A DNA stretch of 40,691 nucleotides from Chloroflexota bacterium (GTDB lineage: Bacteria > Chloroflexota > Dehalococcoidia > SZUA-161 > SpSt-899): the NCBI GenBank assembly GCA_018657655.1, contig JABHWQ010000358.1:1-40691 (forward strand), in the 5' to 3' direction. Positions within the stretch are counted from its first letter, which is position 1. Each line of letters opens with the position of its first letter. The notes under the pieces are model-generated. The model saw nothing but the letters and a program-made list of their open reading frames with translations. It was not told the origin of the DNA and searched no databases. Made by a program: the position numbers and the translations under genes. Of this stretch, positions 1-7,454 are shown one piece after another.

Positions 1-1
1 C

Positions 2-361
2 CAGGGATTCTGGGATGGAGTGAAGAACAGGAAACTGGTCTTCCAGCGATGCAAGGAATGCAGCACCTGGGTTCATCCCCAGAGACCTACCTGTCCCAAA
101 TGCAGGTCTCTGGAAAAAGAATGGGTTCCTTCCAGCGGAAAGGGGGCCGTTCATAGCTGGGTAGTCTACCGAGATGCGCCACACCCAGGGTTCATTGCGC
201 CGCATGTAGTGGTTCGGGTGGAACTGGAGGAAGGCGTGCGAATCATCAGCAACGTGGCAGAGGTGGAATTGGATGGAATTTACATTGGAATGCCGGTGGA
301 AGTAGTGTTCGAAAATGTGACCGAAGAACTCGCTCTTCCCAAATTCAAAAAGGCAGGTTAG
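2..361 (+). CDS. DUF35-type OB-fold / zinc-ribbon protein (acyl-CoA-associated); 5' end cut by window edge
   Basis: The frame is open back to base 2 (QGFWDGVKNRKLVFQRC...), so the GTG at 20 is probably internal. Two CxxC pairs (CKEC ... CPKC) are followed by an OB-fold-like segment. It lies directly upstream of the acyl-CoA dehydrogenases, 2 nt from the next start. Confidence 0.75.
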   Translation, partial: QGFWDGVKNRKLVFQRCKECSTWVHPQRPTCPKCRSLEKEWVPSSGKGAVHSWVVYRDAPHPGFIAPHVVVRVELEEGVRIISNVAEVELDGIYIGMPVEVVFENVTEELALPKFKKAG

Positions 362-363
362 AT

Positions 364-1491
364 ATGGACTTCTCACTCACTGAAGAACAGCAATTATTGA
401 AAAACTCGGCGCGCGATTTTCTGAATACGGAATGTCCGAAATCTGTGGTGAGGGAGCTGGAAGCTAGCGAATCCGGCCATTCCCCGGAACTTTGGAGGAA
501 GATGTCAGAGTTAGGGTGGATGGGGCTGCCACTGCCGGAGCAGTATGGCGGAGCAGAATTTAGCTTGTTGGACCTGGCGATTCTCTTTGAAGAGATAGGT
601 CGTGCAGCCATGCCCAGTCCCATGTTTAATAATGTGGTTCAGGGAGCACTGCCTATTCTTGATTGGGGAACAGAGGCCCAAAAGAGTTCGCTCTTGCCCA
701 AGGTGGCCAGCGGTGAAATGATCCTAACATTCGCGATGGCAGAACCTCAGGTAAATTACGATGCCAGATTTGTTGCCACCAAAGCTACACTTCAGGGTGA
801 TGGGTATTCGCTCTCCGGCACCAAGCTTTTTGTCTCTTATGCCCATATCTCGGACAAGATACTCACCGTAACCAGAACCAGTGGATCGCCTGGCGATGAA
901 AAAGGATTGACCGTCTTTATCGTCGATGCCAAAGCATCTGGTGTTACCGTGACTCAGCTTGAAAACATTGCTGCCGACAAAATATCCGAGGTTGTGTTGG
1001 ATGGAGTGTCAGTATCATCAAGCGATGTGCTGGGTAAGGTCGATGAGGGATTGGCAGTAGTTCAATCCATGCTGGCAAAGGCAGCTGCTATACGTTGTGC
1101 CGAAATGGTTGGCGGAGCACAGGTAGAGATCGAGATCACTGCCGACTATACCAAAACGAGACATCAATTCGATCGCCCTATTGGCACTTTTCAGGCTGTT
1201 CAACACAAGCTGGCTGATATGTTCATTGATGTTAATGGTGCACGCTGGGTTACCTATCAGGCGATATGGCGTCTAACTGAGGGACTGTCAGCGGAAAGGG
1301 AGTTGGCTATAGCCAAAGCCTTCACCGATATCGCTAGCCAACGGATAGCCCTTGGAGCTCAGCAATTGCATGCTGGCATCGGATTTGATAAGGACTACGA
1401 CATTCATTTCTACTACCGTCGTCAGAAGGCCTTCGATCTCAGGCTGGGTACCACTGCTGTTCATTTGGCAACACTTGCGGATCAAATTTGA
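364..1491 (+). CDS. acyl-CoA dehydrogenase family protein (atypical: no Glu at the canonical C-terminal catalytic position)
   Basis: 375 aa with ACAD-wide motifs (LPEQYGG, FQAVQHKLADM, C-terminal YYRRQKAFDLRLGTT). The Y-E-G-T position reads L-G-T. Confidence 0.9.
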   Translation: MDFSLTEEQQLLKNSARDFLNTECPKSVVRELEASESGHSPELWRKMSELGWMGLPLPEQYGGAEFSLLDLAILFEEIGRAAMPSPMFNNVVQGALPILDWGTEAQKSSLLPKVASGEMILTFAMAEPQVNYDARFVATKATLQGDGYSLSGTKLFVSYAHISDKILTVTRTSGSPGDEKGLTVFIVDAKASGVTVTQLENIAADKISEVVLDGVSVSSSDVLGKVDEGLAVVQSMLAKAAAIRCAEMVGGAQVEIEITADYTKTRHQFDRPIGTFQAVQHKLADMFIDVNGARWVTYQAIWRLTEGLSAERELAIAKAFTDIASQRIALGAQQLHAGIGFDKDYDIHFYYRRQKAFDLRLGTTAVHLATLADQI

Positions 1492-1523
1492 AGTTTTTCA
1501 GAACACCGGGTTTATCAATTCGC

Positions 1524-1559
1524 GTATCCCTCAACCATTAACGGTTGAGGGATACTTTT
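1524..1559 (+). terminator. rho-independent terminator after the first ACAD
   Basis: Perfect 13-bp stem: GTATCCCTCAACC (1524-1536) pairs with GGTTGAGGGATAC (1543-1555). The loop is 6 nt (ATTAAC) and the stem is followed by TTTT. Confidence 0.7.
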
Positions 1560-1675
1560 GTATGTTCGGTATATGCTCAAGTTAGTCAGCGTATTTCAAC
1601 CTCTCCCTTAGAATCTGCTATAATTATCCGGGTCTTAAAATCTCTACCAATACGATAAATTGAGGAGGTACAAAG

Positions 1676-2842
1676 ATGGATTTTGAATTACCCGAAGAAT
1701 TACGAATGCTGCGCAATATGGTTCGCGAATTCGCCGATGAGAAAATCGCCCCCTTCGCAGATGAATGGGACGAAAAACACTATGTCCCTTATGAAGAAGT
1801 AATCAAACCCATGGGTGAACTGGGCCTGTTCGGCACGGTGCTTCCGGAAGAATACGGTGGCAATGACATGGGTTGGCTGGCCGCCATGATTATCACTGAA
1901 GAGATAGCCCGAGCCTCCAGCGCTCTCCGCGTACAGATCAATATGGAGACTCTGGGTTGCGCTTTCACTATCTTTCGGTATGGGTCCGACGAACTCAAAC
2001 AAAAAGGCTATATCCAGAAACTTGTCTCCGCTGAATACATCGGCGGATTCGGTATCACCGAGCCGGAAGCCGGTTCTGACATGATGGCGATGAAGACTAC
2101 TGCTGTTGATAAGGGTGATCACTGGCTACTCAATGGCTCCAAGACCTGGATTTCCAACGCCAGCATCGCTGATGTGCTTATTTGCTATGCTTACACGGAC
2201 AGAGAGGCCAAGGGGAAGGGGCTTTCTGCTTTTATTATTGAGCCCAAAAACCATCCCGGTATTGCGACGAGTGACCTGGACAAGATGGGTACTCGTTCTA
2301 CCCCTACGGGAGAGGTGTTCCTGGAAGACGCCAAGATTCCCAAGGAGAACATTTTAGGCAAGCCGGGTGACGGTACCAAGATCGTTTTTAGTTCTCTTAA
2401 CCAGACCAGACTTTCGGCTGCGGCGGGTGGTATTGGTGTGGCCCAGGCGGCTTTGGATTCAGCTATTGCCTACTGTAAAGAGCGCAAGCAATTCGGCCAG
2501 TTTATCGGTGAGTATCAAATGAATCAGGATCTCATTGCACAGGTTGCCTGTGAGTTAGAGGCGGCGCGATATATGGTTTACAAAGCTGCGATACAGAAGG
2601 ACCAGGGCAATTTGGGGAATACTTATGAGGTAGCTGTGGCCAAATATCTCTCCGGCGAAATCGCCATGAAAGCCGCTCGCACCGCTATGAAGATTCTGGG
2701 CGCTTATGGTTATTCCACTGAATATCCGGTAGCCCGATACTATCGCGATGCGCCTCTTTATGAGATTGTTGAAGGATCATCCAATACCTGCAAGCGTATT
2801 GTGGCTATGGATTTACTCGATATTAGAAAAGCAAACAGGTAG
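1676..2842 (+). CDS. acyl-CoA dehydrogenase (short/medium-chain, butyryl-CoA dehydrogenase-like)
   Basis: 388 aa with a strong RBS (GAGGAGG) 7 nt upstream. Motifs: GFGITEPEAGSD, canonical C-terminal YYRDAPLYEIVEGSSN with the catalytic Glu, and QFGQFIGEYQMNQ. Confidence 0.93.
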   Translation: MDFELPEELRMLRNMVREFADEKIAPFADEWDEKHYVPYEEVIKPMGELGLFGTVLPEEYGGNDMGWLAAMIITEEIARASSALRVQINMETLGCAFTIFRYGSDELKQKGYIQKLVSAEYIGGFGITEPEAGSDMMAMKTTAVDKGDHWLLNGSKTWISNASIADVLICYAYTDREAKGKGLSAFIIEPKNHPGIATSDLDKMGTRSTPTGEVFLEDAKIPKENILGKPGDGTKIVFSSLNQTRLSAAAGGIGVAQAALDSAIAYCKERKQFGQFIGEYQMNQDLIAQVACELEAARYMVYKAAIQKDQGNLGNTYEVAVAKYLSGEIAMKAARTAMKILGAYGYSTEYPVARYYRDAPLYEIVEGSSNTCKRIVAMDLLDIRKANR

Positions 2843-2872
2843 TTCAAACACAATTCCTCAAATCGAGATTGT

Positions 2873-2901
2873 AAAAGGCCCGCTCATTGCGGGCCTTTTT
2901 T
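2873..2901 (+). terminator. rho-independent terminator ending the acyl-CoA locus
   Basis: AAAA-GGCCCGC (2877-2883), loop TCATT, GCGGGCC (2889-2895), then TTTTTT. This gives a perfect GC-rich 7-bp stem with A/T flanks. Confidence 0.8.
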
Positions 2902-3041
2902 ATGCTTTGGGGGGTTCTCCTCACTTTCCAGCTTCAAGACGATGATTATTTTATATATCTTCTCGATGAGGCCGAATTGAAGGCAATTGCCTGTTTCAAA
3001 ATTCCTGATGAATGTTTATGGGATTTTTATTCCAATTCATA

Positions 3042-3095
3042 GTACTAATGTACTATACTGTGTGTACTATGCTTCACTTAGCGTGTTAGGTGAAG
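3042..3095 (+). promoter_or_regulatory. candidate regulatory region upstream of the glycan island (GTACTA repeats plus hairpin)
   Basis: GTACTA occurs at 3042, 3050 and 3064, and TGTACTAT occurs twice 14 bp apart. A TATACT -10-like hexamer lies at 3054-3059. A 9-10 bp hairpin, CTTCACTTA...TTAGGTGAAG, spans 3072-3095. No convincing -35 element. Confidence 0.2.
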
Positions 3096-3152
3096 TGCTG
3101 GATGCCCGGTTTTGAAGGGGTGTTGAGGTTGACAGCCTCACGAAAAGCAGAA

Positions 3153-4946
3153 ATGATCGAGAAACGGACAGGTTGGGTGAAGATAGTTTGGTTTTTCCTC
3201 AAACCATATAAATACTATCTTCTTATCCTGTTGGGCCTCTGCTTGATCATTGGACTGCTGGAAACCCTACATATGGCATTGCTCTATCCCATTCTAAATG
3301 CCAGTTTGGAGAGTGGGGGGGTTGGAGACAACAATCTGTTTTTCAGGATTTTGAATGATGTAGCAGAAATCATTCCCGTTGATGATGTATTAGTATCAAG
3401 CTGTATTCTGTTCGTGATCCTCACTATTTTATATTCCGCTTCCCGACTACTCTACGCCAATCTCGCTCCTCGAGTTACGGCCAAAATTGTGAGAGAGTAC
3501 GAACAAGAAGTATTTCGGAAATATACAACATCGGACTATCGATTCTTTATCGATAATAGACAGGGAGATCTTATATATAGGGGATCGCAAGCTCCTCAAT
3601 TCATCGGCAATACAGTGATTGCCCTAGCCAGATCCGCAGTTGAGATCATCCTGGCAGTTTTTATATTGTTCTTGCTAGTTTCAATCTCATGGAAGGGTAC
3701 CATTGCCGTAGTACTGGCTGGAGCAGGGTACTACTATTTCACGCGATACTTGAGTAGCCGAATCTCGTATGTAACAGGCAAGGGAATGCGCCGAGCAATT
3801 GAGAATGAGAATGTGATCATGAATGAATACATCACCGGCGTCAAGCAAATACGCGCAACTCAGTCTTCGACCGAGTGGAGAAATAGATTCAACAAGGCAG
3901 CCACATCTAGATGGAAAAACTGGAGCAAGAACCAGTTTTGGAGTCAGGTTCCTGCTCGACTCCTTGAGCTCTTGATGTTTGGAACAATAGCCGTAATAGT
4001 CATCATAATAAAGGTGCAATACCCAGATCAGTTCTTCTCCATGATCCCCATGTTCGGTACGTTTGCATTCGCCGTATTTAAGCTATTGCCAAAGCTATCG
4101 GCTACAGGAACTACGCTGATGAACGTGGCGAACTGGATCCCAAATCTCGAATCAGTTCAGGAACTTCTCTCGGACAAAACCTATAGTCAAATCAAAAGCG
4201 GTACCACGAAGCTAACAAGATTCAAAAACAGTATCGAGTTCAAGGATGTAAGCTTCACCCACATAGGAAGGGCATCTACTCTGAACAATATTTCAAGTGG
4301 AATCAAAAAAGACAATATAACCGCAATAGCGGGATCATCCGGTTCCGGGAAGTCCACCATTGTGGATTTATTATTGCGCCTATATGATGTGGATGAAGGG
4401 CAAATACTAATAGATGGCATTAACATCAAAGATTACGATATATCCACATTTCTGGCTCAGGTTGGATTTGTAGGGCAAGAGACCTTCATCTTTAATGCAT
4501 CCATTCGTGACAATATAGCCTTTGGAGATGAGGCCTCTAATGATGAAATAATCGAGGCAGCTAGACTTGCAAATGCCCATGAATTCATCGAGCAGCTTCC
4601 GGAAGGATATGATACGATAGTAGGCGATCGAGGTTTGAGGCTTTCCGGCGGAGAAAAGCAGCGCATCGCTATTGCCAGAGCAATGGTGAGAAAGCCACAA
4701 ATACTCATACTGGATGAAGCCACAAGTTCGCTGGATAACGTCTCCGAAGCAATTGTACAAAAGGCGATTGACCGAGTGTCTGAAAGCTGTACTACCCTAG
4801 TGATCGCCCATCGGTTGTCAACCATTCGGAACGCCGACATAATATACGTTCTTGATAATGGGAAGATCGTTGAGAGCGGTACTCATGAGGAATTGATCAG
4901 CCAAAAAGGGAAGTACTGTGAACTATACAATAGGGAGGAAGCATAA
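3153..4946 (+). CDS. ABC transporter, fused permease/ATPase (type I exporter, MsbA/PglK-like; candidate glycolipid flippase/exporter)
   Basis: N-terminal multi-helix TMD, then Walker A GSSGSGKST, signature LSGGEKQR, Walker B ILILDEATS and H-loop VIAHRL. The ORF is open from GTG 3090, but that codon lies inside a hairpin. ATG 3153 (MIEKRTGWVKIVWFFLKPYKYY) gives a typical exporter N-terminus. Confidence 0.9.
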   Translation: MIEKRTGWVKIVWFFLKPYKYYLLILLGLCLIIGLLETLHMALLYPILNASLESGGVGDNNLFFRILNDVAEIIPVDDVLVSSCILFVILTILYSASRLLYANLAPRVTAKIVREYEQEVFRKYTTSDYRFFIDNRQGDLIYRGSQAPQFIGNTVIALARSAVEIILAVFILFLLVSISWKGTIAVVLAGAGYYYFTRYLSSRISYVTGKGMRRAIENENVIMNEYITGVKQIRATQSSTEWRNRFNKAATSRWKNWSKNQFWSQVPARLLELLMFGTIAVIVIIIKVQYPDQFFSMIPMFGTFAFAVFKLLPKLSATGTTLMNVANWIPNLESVQELLSDKTYSQIKSGTTKLTRFKNSIEFKDVSFTHIGRASTLNNISSGIKKDNITAIAGSSGSGKSTIVDLLLRLYDVDEGQILIDGINIKDYDISTFLAQVGFVGQETFIFNASIRDNIAFGDEASNDEIIEAARLANAHEFIEQLPEGYDTIVGDRGLRLSGGEKQRIAIARAMVRKPQILILDEATSSLDNVSEAIVQKAIDRVSESCTTLVIAHRLSTIRNADIIYVLDNGKIVESGTHEELISQKGKYCELYNREEA

Positions 4947-5000
4947 AGTCATGCATTTTTGTCCTAGTGTCCATTTTTCAAGAAATGCCAGGAAACCTTC

Positions 5001-5489
5001 ATGAAAAGACTTTTCATCCACATAGGAACACACAAAACAGGCTCAACAGCTTTACAACAAACATTCTTAGCCAACAATCGGTTATTGAGCAAATACGACT
5101 ATTGCTTCTTGTCACCCGATAAGACTCAGCATCGCAACGTCAAAGAGATAGCACGGGAAAATAGCAAGGAACTTAATAATGAAAAAAATCGGCTTTCCAA
5201 AATAATCCAGAAGCAATCAGCAACCAATATCATTCTCAGCAGCGAAGGATATTTTGGTAATTACATGAATGCTTACTCCGATATCAACCAGATAGCAAAT
5301 AACCTCAGATTTGTAACCCAACCATATGAAGCCAGAATAATGGTGTTACAACACGTAAAAAGTTCAGACACTATCAGAAGGTTGAGCACCGCTGAGAAAG
5401 CATTTTCTCAAATATTGGAGAAACTAAGATTGAAAAATATAGTACGAAAATCTCTAATACGTCTAACGTCAACCATTGAAAGTCACTAA
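5001..5489 (+). CDS. hypothetical protein with sulfotransferase-like N-terminal P-loop; probably C-terminally truncated
   Basis: The N-terminus MKRLFIHIGTHKTGSTALQ followed by LSSEGYF resembles the PAPS-binding start of small sulfotransferase-like proteins found in polysaccharide loci. At 162 aa it is short, with a low-complexity C-terminus, in a markedly AT-rich stretch. Confidence 0.4.
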   Translation: MKRLFIHIGTHKTGSTALQQTFLANNRLLSKYDYCFLSPDKTQHRNVKEIARENSKELNNEKNRLSKIIQKQSATNIILSSEGYFGNYMNAYSDINQIANNLRFVTQPYEARIMVLQHVKSSDTIRRLSTAEKAFSQILEKLRLKNIVRKSLIRLTSTIESH

Positions 5490-5538
5490 CTTGCACTAGA
5501 TTATATAATCTTTGTACATTCCTAAGTGAGGATACCAT

Positions 5539-6519
5539 ATGAGAGATTTCTATAAAGGCAAGCATATTCTGATCACTGGCGGTGCAGGATATATAGGCCA
5601 GTTATTAATAGAGCAACTGATTGAATTCAACCCTGCAGTCATCAGAATCCTTGATGTCCATGAAAATGGTCTCTTCAATTTGCGCCAAAAATATCAGGAA
5701 ACAGCCGAGGACAAGGTCAGGTTCCTTCTGGGAGATATCCGCAATATAAACAGGTTACGCTATGCATTAAATGGTGTTGATATTGTTTTCCACACAGCAG
5801 CATATAAACATGTAGTTGAATGTGAATATAACCCGATAGATGCTGTGGAGACTAACATAAATGGTACCTCCAACGTTATTCAAGCTGCTCTAGAGAGCAA
5901 TGTGGAAAGGGTCATTTTTACAAGTTCAGACAAAGCTGCAAACCCCTCAAACTCAATGGGAGCAACCAAGTTGCTTGCTGAAAAACTGATGATTGCTGCA
6001 AATGGTTACAGAGGTACGCATGGTACCATATTCGCCTGCTGTAGATTCGGGAATGTTGTACGTTCCAGCGGTTCAGTTGTCCCCTTATTCGAAGATCAAA
6101 TAAAACAAGGTAAGAGCATAACTCTGACAGATCCCAATATGACTCGATTTCTAATATCAAATAGCAAGGCCATTGAGCTGGTTTTAAGATCAGCGATGCT
6201 GGCTCATGGAGGAGAAGTTTTCATTTTTAAGATGCCATCGATAAACATAGGTGATCTTGCGAATGTAATGATGGAAAAATACGGAACAGTCCCAAAAGAG
6301 ATAATTGGTAAAAAAGCTGGCGAAAAAATGTATGAAGAGCTAATGACTGAAGAGGAGAAATCGAGAACGTTTGAAAACGAAGAAATGTATGTTATATCCC
6401 CTACAATAGCAGATAGCAAACATGTTAGTTATGAAGGATTTACCAAGGTAGCAGAAATCAATAATTCACGGGACGCAGATCGTATGAGCAAAGATGAAAT
6501 ACTGAGGTTAATCGAATGA
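5539..6519 (+). CDS. UDP-N-acetylglucosamine 4,6-dehydratase, PseB/CapD (FlaA1) family
   Basis: 326 aa. Motifs: GKHILITGGAGYIG, SSDKAANPSNSMGATKLLAEKL (Y/M-x3-K region), and RFGNVVRSSGSVVPLFEDQI...LTDPNMTRF, which is typical of the short CapD/PseB dehydratases. RBS GAGGA upstream. Confidence 0.85.
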   Translation: MRDFYKGKHILITGGAGYIGQLLIEQLIEFNPAVIRILDVHENGLFNLRQKYQETAEDKVRFLLGDIRNINRLRYALNGVDIVFHTAAYKHVVECEYNPIDAVETNINGTSNVIQAALESNVERVIFTSSDKAANPSNSMGATKLLAEKLMIAANGYRGTHGTIFACCRFGNVVRSSGSVVPLFEDQIKQGKSITLTDPNMTRFLISNSKAIELVLRSAMLAHGGEVFIFKMPSINIGDLANVMMEKYGTVPKEIIGKKAGEKMYEELMTEEEKSRTFENEEMYVISPTIADSKHVSYEGFTKVAEINNSRDADRMSKDEILRLIE

Positions 6520-7454
6520 ATGTTCTTGTGACCGGAGGAGCAGGTTTCATTGGGCGATGGGTTGTTAAAAAACTCCTGTCAGAAAACGTTAATGTCTGGG
6601 TATTAGACAACCTTTCGAACGGCAGTGAACAGAATTTGGTGGAATTTGATCAAATTAACAACTATCAAGGACTCACCATTGGAGATATCTCGGACATTTC
6701 ATGTGTTGAACGGGTATTCAAGACTCAGTTTGACGTATGCATCCATACAGCTGCGCAAATCAATGTTCAGGAAAGCCTAGACAATCCGCATAAGTCCTTC
6801 CGTGTCAACATGGTCGGCACCTACAATGTCCTCAGCTGTGCGCTAAAATCCAAGACCAAGGTTATACTCATCGGGACTTGCATGGTGTATGATATGGCCA
6901 CATCAGATGGGATATCGGAACTCTCATCAGTTAAACCTGCATCACCTTACTCAGGTTCCAAATTGGCTGCTGAAGAACTGGCCCTCTCCTATTACTATGG
7001 ATTTGGGCTCCCAGTCACTGTCTTGAGACCGTTCAATACCTATGGGCCTTTTCAGAAAACAAACATGGAAGGTGGCGTTGTTTCCATTTTTGTTCAGAAC
7101 CATATCGCTGGGGAAAACCTAAAAGTGTTTGGTGATGGAACACAAACCAGAGATCTGCTTTACGTGGAGGATTGCGCTGAATTCATTGTTCGAGCAGCAT
7201 TCTCTGAAAACTCTGCCGGAGAAGTGATCAACGCAGGAACCGGCAGAGATATCTCAATCAATGATCTTGCATTGCTAATTTGCAGGGACCTCAATAGAAT
7301 AGAGCACGTCAAACACCACCATCCTCAAAGTGAGATTCAGAAACTATTAGGCAGCTTTTCCAAAGCACAAAAGCTTTTGGGATGGAAACCAAAAACTCCG
7401 CTAGAAGAAGGCATTGCCAAAACTGAGCAATGGATAAAAACAGATTACTCATAA
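6516..7454 (+). CDS. NAD-dependent epimerase/dehydratase (extended SDR, GalE/RmlB-like)
   Basis: 312 aa. Motifs: VLVTGGAGFIG and the catalytic YSGSKLAAE. ATGA start/stop overlap with the upstream gene. Confidence 0.85.
   Translation: MNVLVTGGAGFIGRWVVKKLLSENVNVWVLDNLSNGSEQNLVEFDQINNYQGLTIGDISDISCVERVFKTQFDVCIHTAAQINVQESLDNPHKSFRVNMVGTYNVLSCALKSKTKVILIGTCMVYDMATSDGISELSSVKPASPYSGSKLAAEELALSYYYGFGLPVTVLRPFNTYGPFQKTNMEGGVVSIFVQNHIAGENLKVFGDGTQTRDLLYVEDCAEFIVRAAFSENSAGEVINAGTGRDISINDLALLICRDLNRIEHVKHHHPQSEIQKLLGSFSKAQKLLGWKPKTPLEEGIAKTEQWIKTDYS

Noticed and set aside
1352-1585. A + strand 77-aa ORF overlapping the end of the first ACAD and running through the terminator hairpin.
   Set aside because: It is out of frame with a well-supported gene, it spans a perfect 13-bp terminator stem, and it has no recognisable features.
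3090-3152. ORF-maximal GTG start (3090) for the ABC exporter.
   Set aside because: The GTG is buried in the 3' arm of the 3072-3095 hairpin, and the extra 21 residues do not resemble an exporter N-terminus. The ATG at 3153 is preferred, though ATG 3102 cannot be excluded.
3315-3321. G7 homopolymer in the ABC exporter, and an A8 run at 22735-22742 in the PFTS gene, as possible phase-variation tracts like those in Campylobacter glycosylation loci.
   Set aside because: The tracts are short. No run of 9 or more was seen anywhere in the window. The A8 run simply encodes Lys-Lys, and both genes are in frame. There is no evidence of slipped-strand switching from a single sequence.
5491-5512. TTGCAC ... 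TATAAT pair upstream of the PseB-like gene as a promoter.
   Set aside because: The spacer between the hexamers is only ~7 nt, which is incompatible with a sigma70-type promoter.
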